The notes under the pieces: generated by a model | Databases searched by the model: none | What the model was told of the DNA's origin: nothing | What the model saw: the letters and a program-made list of their open reading frames with translations, nothing else | Assembly (NCBI GenBank): GCA_030704615.1 | Contig: CM060732.1 | Coordinates: forward strand, 2,976,001 to 3,040,000 | Source of the DNA: Takakia lepidozioides | Lineage: Eukaryota; Plantae; Bryophyta | Direction: 5' to 3' | DNA length: 64,000 bases | Translations under genes and position numbers: made by a program | Shown: in pieces, positions 49,832 through 63,089 of the stretch | Layout of the letters: every line of letters begins with the position of its first letter | How positions within the stretch are numbered: the stretch's first letter is position 1

Positions 49832-51928
49832 TTGGGATTCATACATATGTTATACCCCAACCGAGGTATGGAATGGATAAGCCCTAAAAACATGATTAAG
49901 GAAGCTTTGGTGGCTCATGGCCAACATGACCTTGCTCTCCTTGTTGATGAGATTGTCTTTGGATGGACCTATCATAAACAATGCAGTACTGAATTCTACC
50001 AGCCTGCTGTTGTTTTCCGTGATTTCAAATTCATGCAAGATTTGATTATGTCACCAGAATGCGTATGTGACATCACAAACAGGTTTCGTGCGTTTGGTGA
50101 TGAGGCTACTAAAACAGAGTTCCATCTATCTGGCTCTATTCCCAAACAGCATGTACGTACCATGGATCTAAACATCATCAGACATGACAGATTGAAAGCA
50201 GTGTTCAGCCTAGGTATGAATCACATTCCTCTCAAACGCACCTTGCTGAAGGATGTGGTTGAACAAGTCCACTCTGCTTTTTTCAAGACATGTAACATTC
50301 TACAAGTAGATACTTGTGAGGATTGGGTGTCATCTTACAGCTTGTGGTTGAAAAACACATGTTGGGATAGATTGAAACAAAAAGCCAGCAGACGCAATGG
50401 CCATTTCAATCACCATGTAAGAAATCCTTTTATAGTGCAAGAAGCACGGGATGAACTTACATGGCTTCTTTCTCACCTTTACATGTCCGGACTTGACAAG
50501 GCTAACAACAATGTGTGTTTTATGTGTGTGAAGCACATAAGAACTCAAGCGTACCACCGACTGATGGGTAAAGATTTCAAACCCTGTTCTGAAAATGAGG
50601 TATGGCTTTCACCCAATTCTGTCATGTTAAGCATTTCTGAAGAATTATGGAACTTGCTACCTGAGATACCAGCAGTGGCATGTAACCTCCCCTACATGAT
50701 GGGAATTTACAAGCTACACAAAAAGAAGTACCGCTGGATTACCAATGCCCATAATTGTATTTTCAGCGAACTTGCCAGTCTATTGACACGTGCCACCATG
50801 GACTTAATGCCTTGGGTAAAGGAATGGGTCAAAGCACGGCTTGATACTTATGAAAAGTTTTTCAAAGTGTCCACTGCCATGTACTGGATAATAGACAACA
50901 TCTTTGATTTTACTCTGAATCTACCTGCAAAGATCCATGATGTGTTTGTCGCTGACATCACTCAATGTTATGAAAACATACCTTTGACAGGTGAAGATAA
51001 TTTGGGTGCCGCCATCGAATACGTGGTTCAGATTGCCTTCCGACAATACCACATTGCCCACCCTCGATCCAATCACTCACTATGGATTCCAGCCAGGAAT
51101 GACACCTTTGGGAAGTGTAGGTGGGGACCTTCCTCTCCTAAAACTGGTACATGGATTGAGCTCTCCGAAGCTAGATTGCTTGGGCTCCACAAGTGGTTGA
51201 TGACTCATTGCTTTGTTGCTTTGGGGGATAGAGTTTGGCAACAAGTTTCTGGTATACCCATGGGTTTTTCATGTTCTCCTTTATGGTGTAACATTTACTT
51301 CTTGTCCTATGAACTAAGATTCATCCTCCGATTGGCGGCTCTAGGACAGTTCCAGCTTATGGCTAAATTCAAGTCAGCCTTCCGGTACATTGATGACATC
51401 TGTTGGTTGAATGTTGGTGATGCTAAACTATTTCTTGATCCTTCTACGGACAGAAATAGCCAAAACCCATGGTGGGTTTACCCACTCAATGTAGTGGAAA
51501 TTAAACCGGAGTTATTAAGAACCAAGGATGATACACCTTACACTGGCCTGGAAGCTTGCTTTATGAATGTGCAGATAAGTGTACTAAATCCTGATACTGG
51601 CTTGTTTCAGTTCCGAAAATATGATAAGAGAAGGATGCTGCCCTTTTCTTACACACAAAACATCCAGTTCCTTTCTAACCGACATGTAAATCAGTCTTAC
51701 AATGTGGTGGTCTCCCAAGCCTTCCCTATTCTGTATATTTCCAGCAGCATTGACTTTGCCTTGAGTGAATGCTGTGTTCTTATCCAAACCCTTGGGAGGA
51801 ATGGCTTCAAGACCAAGAAGTTGGTTCGAATCCTGATAAAGTTCTTGGAACATGGATCTTTTCCTGGTCTCCACTTCCCGCTACACGAGCTAATTACCAA
51901 GCTAAGAGGTACAATGGATTCCTCATGA
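49832..51928 (+). CDS. PLE reverse transcriptase (698 aa open frame; true start probably upstream or disrupted)
   Basis: CVC..HVRTMDL motif, LDKANNN, ADITQCYENIP, QVSGIPMGFSCSP, FRYIDD; no C-terminal GIY-YIG. Confidence 0.88.
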   Translation: MGFIHMLYPNRGMEWISPKNMIKEALVAHGQHDLALLVDEIVFGWTYHKQCSTEFYQPAVVFRDFKFMQDLIMSPECVCDITNRFRAFGDEATKTEFHLSGSIPKQHVRTMDLNIIRHDRLKAVFSLGMNHIPLKRTLLKDVVEQVHSAFFKTCNILQVDTCEDWVSSYSLWLKNTCWDRLKQKASRRNGHFNHHVRNPFIVQEARDELTWLLSHLYMSGLDKANNNVCFMCVKHIRTQAYHRLMGKDFKPCSENEVWLSPNSVMLSISEELWNLLPEIPAVACNLPYMMGIYKLHKKKYRWITNAHNCIFSELASLLTRATMDLMPWVKEWVKARLDTYEKFFKVSTAMYWIIDNIFDFTLNLPAKIHDVFVADITQCYENIPLTGEDNLGAAIEYVVQIAFRQYHIAHPRSNHSLWIPARNDTFGKCRWGPSSPKTGTWIELSEARLLGLHKWLMTHCFVALGDRVWQQVSGIPMGFSCSPLWCNIYFLSYELRFILRLAALGQFQLMAKFKSAFRYIDDICWLNVGDAKLFLDPSTDRNSQNPWWVYPLNVVEIKPELLRTKDDTPYTGLEACFMNVQISVLNPDTGLFQFRKYDKRRMLPFSYTQNIQFLSNRHVNQSYNVVVSQAFPILYISSSIDFALSECCVLIQTLGRNGFKTKKLVRILIKFLEHGSFPGLHFPLHELITKLRGTMDSS

Positions 51929-52729
51929 CCTTATACCTGTCCTCTTTTGTTCAAGTGCCTGAAATGTGTTTGAGGGGAGGAAGTAGGCTTTTCCAACCCC
52001 TTTGGCAATTTTGTCCCGGGGTTGGGAACTATTTTTTGCAGAGGGAGAAACCTTATGAAGGGGTCTGGTATGCACTCCCTTACGGGGTGAGTGCATACCA
52101 CACTCACTCCATAAGGGACTGCCATACCAGGGGCTGGTTGGTGGGTGCCCCCTCTCCCTCTGTCTCCCTCCCTCCTTGGAATTGGCCGGTTTTATCAGTG
52201 ATAATTTCCTGTTTTTTCATCCATACCGGATGGACTCTGGCAGTTTTTTCACCCGCCCTATAACAAATTTTCATCCATATCGGATGAACTCAGGGTGGAC
52301 ACTGAATTACCTCTAAGCTGAGTCTCTGATTTTTCATTCCTCTTTTATTGACTTTCATCCATACCGGATGAGTTACCAGAGAATGAGGAATTACCTCTGT
52401 GGGGGTTGCCACTGGCATCCTATTTTTCCATCCATACCGGATGAAAAATGACAAGATATATATATATATTTTTTCATTGGCACGACCTGGGCCAGGCTCA
52501 TGCCACGTTAGCATCAGCACCACGTCAACGATGTGAGCGTAGGCTCACGCCATGTCACCGTTGTGTGAGCGTACGCTCACACGCTCACGCGCTAGGCTCA
52601 CGCGGTAGCGACGTTGCATCACGAAGAAGACGTGGTATTGGTCCTTGCGGCACATGCGCATTGTGTATATGTCTGTCACACCTTGGGAGCCCACAATTTT
52701 TACAAGTGTTTGCTTAAATGGCAGAGATG

Positions 52730-53140
52730 TAAACATGCAAGCGTCTGGGCCTGCTTCTCCCCATGGTAGTCAACTAATGCAAAATCCACAATTGGAGCCA
52801 GGTTCTGAATAAGACTACAACAAGTCAGAGTGCCATTGACACTATACCGGAGAACCTGGCCATCGCCCATCTCACCAACACAGCAAGGAAACCTCCCTTC
52901 ATCCACATATCTACATTGCAAGGGGAGCATCTGTATCGACATTGTCCCACTTGAATTTGTGGAATCCTCTCCTGTGCTTGAACGTCTAACTGTGCAATAT
53001 GAATCTCCCCTGTATCCATGGCAAGTGTCAATCTAGGTCGATCGCCCCCATCTGGCTCCCAACCCCATGCAGTGATGGTTGGTAAAGAGGAGACATCCCC
53101 ATCCCCATCCATTGCCTCTGAGGTTTCCCCATCGCTCATA
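52730..53140 (-). pseudogene. Fragment of an SF3B3/SAP130/DDB1-like beta-propeller (At3g11960-like) gene
   Basis: WGWEP...MDTGEI...W..GGFLAVLV/EMGDGQVL...IQNLAPIVDFALVDYHGEKQAQ..AC with a frameshift; isolated. Confidence 0.7.
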
Positions 53141-53478
53141 TAAGCAATGAGCTCCCTTCTTCTTCATCTAATTTTCTTTGAAACTTGTACACAGCAGCTG
53201 TGCGGAGATGCGTGGGAGTTCTCAGATTAAGAAGCAAGAAGTCCGCTGAACGAGAAAGAAGGACAAACCCCAGCTATGCAAATTCCCGGTGCAAATTCCC
53301 GGTTTCGGGCAGTCCGGGCAGATATAAAAAAATTGACGACGACGATGACGTGGCTACGAAACGTGACGACGAAATGTGGCGACGATGACGTGGCACTATG
53401 ATACCCTATTCCTGCTCTACGCTAAACTAGCTTCCGATCTTCGGTCGTCGCTAGAATTTATTTTATATTTCGACATAG

Positions 53479-54480
53479 AATAGCGTATGCACCTAAGGAG
53501 AGGCCCTCCCGCGGGTCTGCGGGTCTGCTAGTGGGGCATGAGGAGACCCTCCATGCTGCAGACCATCCATGCAGACCTTGGGGGGGTCACTCCCCGTATT
53601 TTCAAAACCACGTGAGAACAAATATAGGACGTAGTTTATTTTTTGAGGTAAAATTTAAAATTTTTTTACTTAGAAAATATGATAGGACAATATCCTTTCA
53701 CCCAGTTTTTAAAAAAAAAAATCACAAAAAATCCAAAATTTTACTTAAAAAGTTAATGTAATAAAGGATTTTATCTACATAATAATATATCCATCCTTGT
53801 GAAGTTTATCATAATTCATCCAACTCTAATCCATCAGGATGAAATCTTCTCAAAACTTCATTCATTCATCAGGCTTATTTGCTGAATAAGCCTGCTCTAC
53901 CCAAATCTGGGGGTCCTTCGATTATGATGTTTTTGAATTGGTTCTCTAAAGATAGAGGTCACCTGAAGTTCAAATATGATTCCAGTGATAGACAGTGGAT
54001 TGATGTTGAGACCATAATCTCAACAGTGACTATGACATTTGAACCATATCAGAACTTGTACTCTTTAGATCCAAGTGATGCTGCGGCTTTGAATGAGTTC
54101 GTGGTTAATGAAAATTAAACTTTTCCTTGGGTCCAGCATTTGACTTATATATGGAATGTTGTTTGTGTACATGCTTTGAAATTTTGCAATTATTTAAAAA
54201 GACAACTTAAAATAGGGTCTAATTAATTGTTGCAAAAAAAATTATAAAGAAAAATAGGGTATCATGAAACAAAGGTTTGATAATATTACCTAAAGATAGG
54301 GTGGAAAAGAATGTAAAATTTTAAAAATATAGCCTAGTATAAATATACCTTTATATGCACGTGATATGAAAAAGATACATATAGTGACCCCTTTTGCAGA
54401 CCCACGGGCCGGGTGGGGTGACCCTCTCCTTTGAGCGGGCCCCACCATGTGTGGGCCCGCAATGCATTCAAGACGCTATT
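53479..54480. mobile_element. Possible non-autonomous DNA element (AATAGCGT...ACGCTATT ends, GC-rich subtermini, AT-rich core, residual ORF 53879-54118)
   Basis: 8-bp terminal inverted repeat and GGGTCTGC/GCAGACCC subterminal motifs; no TSD seen. Confidence 0.4.
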
Positions 54481-54579
54481 AATCTAAAATGAGATTTCTT
54501 CAGAAAAATATAAAATTACCTATACTATACAATAACATACGGTAATTTAAGGGTTTTCACACCCAAAAATGTTTTTATA

Positions 54580-57500
54580 ACCTTTCTTTTCATTTTGGCT
54601 GCACATGCGTTGGGCCACTTGTTGTCCTCCAACCACTCCATCCAGGGCCTAAGGATTCGTAGATCTTTGCCACCGCCTCAAAGTATTAAGGCTTCTATGT
54701 ATGCAGATGATACGGTTCTCCTTATTCTACGGACATATTCACTTCGATGTCATATAAATTCGGTGTAGAGGCATATCGCGTCATAATGGAATACAGCCAA
54801 GTGCGTTGGAGATGTAATTTAGCCTTCAATACGGAGAGCATGACATAATAATAATACAAGTCGGCATAAAACCTCATCGGTTCGTATCAACAGTCTTTAC
54901 AGCGCATGTAATAAGCAAGGGGACTACAGACCTCACCCGTGGATCAGTAGTAACTCGTTAGCCACTTCTTTACAGTACATCCCTCAAGCCATGTCGTGCG
55001 GACCAGCACAGCACCAAGCAACCCTTCCGCCCCAAGTAAACCACCGTCTTCCAAAATCCTTCCATCTCCTTGTCTGCAGTCTGCACGTAGACCTGGGCCC
55101 ACTCCCCCCGCACCTTGAAATCACCCATCCTACTCGACCCTTGATCCTCCTGCACCCTCTGGTCCTTGCCTGAGCTCCCACTTTGGGCTATACCTTGCCA
55201 AAATCACCTCCGTTCTAGAACCTTCCCTAGCATTCCTTGGCATGGATTCCATGTGGGCCCCGCATGCTATAGCCACTTTCAAGGGGGGCATGCAATAGCC
55301 ATGTGGGCCCAATGCAAATAGCCACACTAGTTGAGTTGAGTCAGCTTGCTAGATGTTGCATGCAATAGCCATGTGCGCCCCACATGCAATAGCCACTTTG
55401 AAGGGGCATGCAATGGCCATGTGGGCCCAATGCACTCTGCCACTTCTATTCGGACAGCCGCTTAAGCGTCGGCTCGCCTCTAGCTGATTTGATTTTTCGG
55501 GCGTTTGGGGTACATATTGACAACTCCTCCCGGGCTAACGTCTCTGCTACTCTGGGGCCCTCGGCACTTTTTGCTCTGCTTCTGGGTTGCGAATTAACTG
55601 GTCAAAATCGGTAGCCGTTCTATCTAAGCTTTCCCCGCAGGCTGCCTCTTCGCACACGGTTCCCCTAGGGGCAGGAATTGGGATTAAGCTGGCTACAGCA
55701 CGGGCAAGCTCATAACTTATTGGGCCACCTCATAGGGATTGACATTTCGGATCAACAGAGATGTGGAGCAGTGGTCGCCAAACTGCGGAAAAATCTACTG
55801 TATTGGAGCTCCCTCGCCCTGTCCATAGTAGGGAGAGCCCTGGTTGCGAACCAAGTTCCTTTTAACTCTGTATGGCTCAACGCCGCGGTGTGGTCCCCAG
55901 GCTCCACGATCATTAAGCAGATGAAAGCGTTAGTGAGAAACTTCATTTGGGGAGGGTCCCCAGAGAAGCCTTCAAGAAGAGCGTTGGTTAGTTGGGGCCA
56001 GATTACTCAGAAAAAAAAAATTCGGTGGGTTGGGTGTAATCGATCCCCTGGCTCAAATCGTTTCCTTGTTAGCGAAATGGGTTCCTAGGCTCCTTACTCA
56101 TCTCTCCTCTCCATGGAGTCTGCTCGTCAGGGAGCATGTCTTGAGAGCCTCTCCTGGGAATGGCTTTTCTCTTTAAGATGGATGGTACAGGGCTCCAGAT
56201 CTGCCAGGGCTGCTCCCTTAGGGTCCAAGGCTTGGCAGTCCATCTGGGCTGCTTGGACGCGCATGAGACCTAAGTTATTCCAATCGTGCCCTGCTTCAAG
56301 AGAAGAGGCACTTCGCCAACCCCTCTTTGCCAATTATAATTCTGACTCTCAATCCCTTATTGATAGCTCTAAGAAGTGGGCTTTTTGGGAGGAGGGTGGT
56401 GTCTCTAGCTTCTGCGAGAATCTGGGACGAGGCAGCTCTTTGGCCAAAGGACTCAGTAACCTCGAGGCTATCTGCTAGAAGAGCTGGTGCTTGGGATTGC
56501 ATAGTGAACGATATTCCGTCTCTCTGGTTCTCCTTATGTTCCTTCCCTTCAAACATTAGAGCCTTGCCTGCATGGTTGGGGTCAGACACTGCCGGTTCCC
56601 CTCGCTTTGCGTTGTTTGCTCTTTCTCGTTCTTCACAGTGGGTCCATGGCTGGCAGGTCGGGGAAAATGGGGCACTTCATAGCCCGATCATGTCGCAGGC
56701 AGTGGAGTCTCGGCTCTTTGCAATTCGGGTATTCTGCCGTATTGCTGGTACATGTGACCCCGTTCCTCCTGTGAACAATGCGCACTATGGAGCATCCTTC
56801 GTTTGGTTCCTCACAGCTCCGTCATAGAGGCTTCAGTTTTGATCCCGCCGAGTGGAAATGGATGACCAAAGATCATAACCCATTCTTTGGCTACACGGTT
56901 AAATTGGGTTACAATCTCCTCAACCCTCCAATGCTCTTCACTACTAAATGGAATGCTAAGTGGAGTAGTCTCCCGGCTGTTCCTGGCAACTGGAATTCGA
57001 TATGGAAGGATGTGTGGAGGAAAGACCGGGTCTCTAAGATTAGTGGTTTTCTTTGAAAGTTAGTAAATAGGGTTCTCCCTGTCGCTGCCTTCTTTGACGA
57101 TGCACCACAATCCTGCTCGGTTTGCAATCTAGGGGAGGCCGAATCTATCGAGCATTGTCTGGTGGACTGTGCCTTTGCTTCCTTTGTTTGGAGAGCGATC
57201 TCCTTTTTCTACAGACCCTGGCGTTCTGACCTGCCTCTTTCTGCTCCAGTCTTGCTTTTGAACCTGCATGAAGGCCTCATGTGGAATTTATGCCCTCTCT
57301 TGGCTGCCTTAAGGGGGCACACCCTTTGGAATATGTGGAAGTGTAGATGCTCTTTGATTTATGGGGGGGTTCTACCTTTAGCAGTTGTCTTGCGCAGAGT
57401 TCACTCAGACTTGATGTCTGATGCAAGGAAAGCATGGCGGGTTGTATGTGCAGCTATTGCTAGATGCTCGGCGGGACGAAGGATGCAGCTTCTCACTGGC

Positions 57501-57933
57501 TTTGATCACTTCTAGGGAAAAGGAGGGTACCTCTGCACAAGGACCTCTGAATCAGAGGTTATCTGGAACGACGCATTCCCGGCATGTTGGAAGTTCACTT
57601 AGTGCTCAGCCATCTGAGGAACCAGAAGAATCTGATGTGAATTGGCGTCATAAGCGTAGTGTTAGAAAGGGCAAGTCAAAGGCTCATCTCTCTTTCAATT
57701 CTGCTAGACGTGGAAATGCTATGGTCTAGGGGATGTCTCTTGCAGCAGGGCCACTCCTTAGTTTTGATGCCTTCTTCGTGTTGTTGGGTTACGGGGCATT
57801 GTCTCCTTTCTCTGCCTTCCTTGCTTGTATCTTGAGGTTATTTCGTCCTCAAGTCCAAATCCAATAAAGTTTTTCAGGGCCACAGTCCCCTGTTGACCAA
57901 AAAATAAATAAAATAAATAAAATAAAAATAAAA
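54580..57933 (+). mobile_element. 5'-truncated, degenerate L1-type LINE with an internal insertion (~54735-55440)
   Basis: MYADDT at ~54700, ASGLRINWSKS, LSIVGRALVAN, RNFIWGG, VSWGQI, zf-RVT CSVCN..ESIEHCLVDC, AATAAA and A-rich tail 57899-57933. Confidence 0.88.
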
Positions 57934-58359
57934 ATGTTGAAATCAGGTTAAATTTATCCTACTTTTTGAGTCTACATCTTTGCTCAGACTAACAAAGAGT
58001 GCAATTTACCAGAGAACCATCAACAATTTTCACACCTCATAAAGCGATTGATTCTTAATACCATCTCATTTGCCGCACACATTTAGTTGCCACTTTCAAC
58101 TACCATCTGACTTACCCTAAGCGAGAATTGATAAGACATGTCTTGATGCACATCCCTTGCTCTCAAGAAAAGAATTATGATGAGTACACATCATGCAAGA
58201 ATGAGTGTGCTGCGGTGAGCATGATGTCCTTCAGCCAGTTAGTGGATATATACTTCAGGACAAAATTTCCTTTCACAGCTCCTCCATTGGAAGGTTCATG
58301 TAATTTAAGCAACTCTTTTCTGTACCATAATGCTGCTTTGGCGGCCATCAATTTCAGGC

Positions 58360-61300
58360 TTAGCGAGGCTTCGCAAAGAAACTTGTAATCTTGCGTGTTC
58401 CTACTTGGGGAACTTTCTTTGCCAAGGCTGTTTTCACTGTGGGTGCCCGGACGACTTGCTTGCTCCTCTGTCAAAAGGAAACTCACACAAGACACCAACC
58501 CAATAAGTTCAGTATATCAGTTGGAGCCCATAGTTTTTGGTAAAAATTGTTGCTAGTGCCTTACCAACTGACACTGCTTGAGCCCTAGAAGAGACATCAT
58601 ACTTTCTCACATATCTGTACACGCAATGTGGAGTACACACCTACAAGGATGTGAATCATACATACCAAGCCGGTGTTTTCAGGATAGACTGGTTGTATGC
58701 TGGAGAAAGTAGAGAACCGTGGCTTTTTAGAGACCTCCAAATCCACTCTAGTGTACAGCCCACAACAGTTTTAGGATCAAAATTTCCCTGTTGGCCTTTT
58801 TGGGGAGGGGGTGGGGGAGAGGTTAGAGCGCTCACTCCCTGAATTTACACTTCTTCTCCAAAGTTATAAGTCACACCGACCTGCTGCAAGCCACAATCGA
58901 TCCTAGGTACAAATCCCCATTACACAAATCCTGCCATAATATGGAAGTTACAAATTTCCTTCCAATTTTTACTCTCTCACTCTGTTTCTCTCCAATCTTG
59001 GTCCAGCAAGAACATCCACTTTCTCATGTACATGCAGTACGTAAACCGTTGTTTCCACAACCAAAGCAAAATAATGGACTATTTCTACCGGCAAGTCATA
59101 AATATGCTTACCGGAAGTGCCGACAAAGGGTTTCCAGCCAGGGACTCACTTTAATGTATTCCCCAAGAAGTCCAATTACATACACTTCTGTAACCACCCA
59201 TGTCCCAACGATGTTAGTTGTGCAGACACAAAGAAATTTCATGCCTAAAGCATAAAGCCCTGTTCACCAATTAACCTACACAATTTAGGTTGTCCAAATT
59301 TATCACTCATGAAGGAGGAGGAACAGTGCCAGAACATTTTAATGTTTATTTAATGTACCCTGGCAACATATGCAACGATCTCCAACACACAGATCTTTCT
59401 AATACTTCTCAGGGTGTGCGTTAGCTCTACATAAAATCAGCTGTTACTCACTGAGGTCATCTTCACTCAGGCCAGAGAAGTATTTGTTTGGTGAGGATCG
59501 CAGCGCTTCTGATATTTGTCTTACCTGCAGAAGATAAACATCAACAGATGGTACATCCCAGAAGCACCCCTGCAAATTCTTTGTCCCAACCCTCATGATC
59601 GTCCCTCTGTGGATGTCAGAACAATATGACTTACGACATATATGGCAAAGATTTAATGCCAAGTTCCACACTAAACATGTATTTTGGACTTGGGTTTTAT
59701 CACTGAATCCGGGTACCCCCAGGGGTTTCCTTTCCTTGTCCATGCTTTGGGATGTATTGGGCACACAATTTGTCCCTGGCATCTCACCTCCATTGATCCA
59801 CGACAGTAGTTGAAAAGGTATACCACATACCCTGGATGCAGCCTTGGTCAATACTCAACAAGGACCCTTCGGGAGACCACCCAAAAACTCGGAACTTTGT
59901 GTGCCTTGTTTTGTGTTGTGAGTGTCCACAGGGTTGAGCAGTTCTCGTTGGTGGATAAGGCTTCCTGAATCCCCTCACAGTGGTGGGAGGGCATGGCTAG
60001 CATAATATTTTCTACAGGATTGCATAGTCACTGATAGCTGTATGAAGGTTGTACACAGAGAGAGGGAAAGAGCTACATTATTCCAGATCCCTCACCTTGC
60101 AGCAAAGCCAGGCTAAGACCTTGCAGTCATTGAGCCTGTAAAACTTGGCCTGTCCCACCTCTGCATCCGGTGTAATTCAGATTCAGTGACATGAACTTTA
60201 TGTGGCAAAGACACAAATAATCTCCCCTCCCACCCCCGGCAGGCCCAAGCCTCCCATACACAAGCCATCAAATAAGCTATCATGGAAAAACCTTTTGCAC
60301 ACAACCCCAGAGGAGCTCAAATCCAGAACAAAATGTAACAGATAAAGCAAAGCTCTCCATAAGTCTCAAGTTACCTCTGACTTCACACACAGCTTCAAGG
60401 CATTTGTGGAGAAGGGGAAGCAGACACATGTACCCTGCATACCCATCAATGTACATCATCTCATGTAGCGCCCTAAATTTGCCCAGGTCATCTCCTTTCT
60501 GTCAAAACCAACCAAAAAGATGGAACCTTTTAGTTACAGTAACAGAGCACATAATCTGAGGATGTGCTGACTTGCTTGATGGGTCGAGGTAATGAGTGAC
60601 TTTGGTGTAGGTGAGGTTTGGGCCCTCCAGTGTGTTCAATGTCCAATTGGTAGGCAGGGGGGAGGGGGGGATCCCCAGCAAAACTGCAAAATGTGGCCAT
60701 TTGCAATTGACTTGCACATGATGCTAAAAATGACAGGAAGGAAAGACGCTCAGATAGAAGCAGCCACACTGCAAATTCCTGAGTCAAGCTACAATACGAG
60801 GACAATCTTTCACCCAACTGACCAAGAACACACAGATAGCTGGGAGCAAAAAGGTTCACCACAGCCATGGAGCAATTGATGAGGCTGCAAATTGAAGTGA
60901 TTTTATCTTCATTTTCCAGATCATCTAGCCCTATAGGTTGAATAACAGAATGAAAAAATAAATACGCATGTACAATGAAAATCTTTTTCAAGGTGAGATC
61001 CCTTGCCTTCATGCGTGATTGCTCCAGGATGGGAAGAACCATGTATATGGGGTCAACTGGTGTTGCCAAATACAGGCTCCCATCTGTTAACCCCTTGCCA
61101 TCCATGTCCCCATACCATTCAGCCCTCACTTCCACAATTGTACAACCCAGGAAGATAACAGTATTTTGTATCCCCCTCGTTAAATATTTGTATGAAGGAG
61201 AATGTGAACAATTTACTGTACTTTACTCATTCGTGCAAGTTTAGGTTCACAGATAACATCTGACTGCTGCAAATTTTTTGAAAGAAACAACAAGGAATTA

Positions 61301-62552
61301 CCCACCTGAACATACAGAGTCACCTATGAACCATGCCGCATAGGGCTGTTTGAACCAGTGAAGCTCTTGTAGTCTCCCATCAGAGGCAACCAGATAGCAT
61401 GCAACCGTGCCTGAAACCCTCACTGAAAATATCAGCAAACAGCCACATGCATGAACATAAGTGACGTACAGTTTTTTTCAGCTGCAGGGTCTCACTTGAG
61501 ATATTCACTCTGACATATTCACTACTGGAATTTAGAAGAAAACGCAAGGTTTCCTGTGCATCAACCAGCCTATTCAGAAACGCTCAGATGAGCATCCAGA
61601 AAATCCTGGAAGTGAATAGTTCCTTAAAACTGCAAATTGCTAAAAGTTCAACTATGGTTTTGATGACCAAACAACCTCCAGATTGACTATATCATACAAG
61701 TTCACATTTGGCACTCTCTTACTTCAGGTATCAGGAGTTTGAATGTCTTGCTGAGGGAGCCATATTGCCAGCTGAAACTTATTTGCATCTCATTAGAACA
61801 AACGACACCTGACCCATGTCTGTATCTGCCTCCATCTTCGCCTTACTGGAACTCAAGACACATCTCGTGGAAAGAGTCAGGGAGCAAACAACCTCGTTCA
61901 TGACCTCTGCAACCAATGTCGTTGCCTGAGGAGTTGCGAACTCTTGAAATCCCGAACAAAGCTTGAAAAGAAAAGGTAGATGACTGATGGGTATGTAAAC
62001 ACCCCACAGGAGACCATGCAACCTTCAAAATGCAACCAAGACTACAGAGATTGAAATATTCCCAGGGGTAGGAGATCAAGGGAGAACTGCGATTACCAGA
62101 TTTAGGGTTGCGCAAAGGAACTAATTGACTTTCGAATTGACCGCTTTCTGAGGTGCTCCAGGAGTCAGCTACACGACAGGATTGACGAAATCGTACATGC
62201 ATTACAGGCAAATGAAAATTCAAGTAATACAGCGCACATTCAGAATCAACAAGATACCTGGATGGAAAACAGTATTGACATGTGTGCTCACAGAAGGAAG
62301 CTACAAACATGGCAAAGACGGACCTCGGTAGAAAAGATGATACTCAGATTACATCAGCTGCCAAGGGTTGTCTGAAAGTAGTTGGTTAGTTGATAAGCCA
62401 AACTTTGGTACTGCAGTAGCGTAGGTAGTCATGTCTTTTATAAAGAGCGGAGGAAAACTGGCCATATCAAACTGCACCAAAATTGAAACAGATAGAGAGA
62501 AAAATGTACAGTGGCCGATAATGATGCGCATGTCTGAACTACTTGCAGCCAT
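58360..62552 (-). CDS. RNASEH2B: Ribonuclease H2 subunit B (multi-exon host gene)
   Basis: Exon peptides LRNPKSG, LQELHWFKQPYAAWFIGD, DGSLYLATPVDPIYMVLPILE and C-terminal PIP-box-like RKITSFFAKPR* (stop 58360); not all exon borders resolved. Confidence 0.85.
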
Positions 62553-63089
62553 TTGTTGTTTCTTGCTCACTTGTGTCGATCAGGGAGAAAAAAGAGCGGA
62601 AATACAAGGGCAAGCAGAAATTTTCTCCCCGTGGGAAAGTGGGGACGAAATGTTGATGTCAACCTTCTACGCATTCAATCTGAAACAGGCAATCTCCCTG
62701 GGGCCAATATGGCAAGAGGAGTATATGTACTGGAGAGAAGAAAGAAAGACGTTAAAGACGTTAAAGAAAGAAAGAAGATTTTCGTAATAAACCAGGTTTG
62801 GGGTTTTGGGGTTTTCGGCGGGAAATTTTCCGCCTATTGCGCTGACGAAACATAGTCATAGGCTTCATTGCAACGATCCGTAAAGCTTCACGGTGGCCCC
62901 AGCTCACCTTGCGAAATTCCACGTGCAACCCATTAGTCGGAATCGGATAGTGCGTTCTGGAAGAGTGGATGTCGAGATTGGCGAGCCTGATAATAGCATG
63001 AGGGTCGATACAAATATTTCAAATTGCTTGGGGCCTCAATCTCTCCTCACGTCCCAGTGTGCGATATGTAGCTGAATGACTCTGAAAGC

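Larger units (their letters stand above)
46435..52453 (+). mobile_element. Penelope-like retroelement with pseudo-LTRs (46435-47081 and 51791-52453), probably Naiad/Chlamys type
   Basis: ~650-bp direct repeat includes the ORF 3' end; ends at a (TA)n tract. Confidence 0.82.

Noticed and set aside
58175-58498. 107-aa ORF as a separate gene
   Set aside because: It overlaps the last RNASEH2B exon, whose other frame gives the PIP-box-like RKITSFF and stop.
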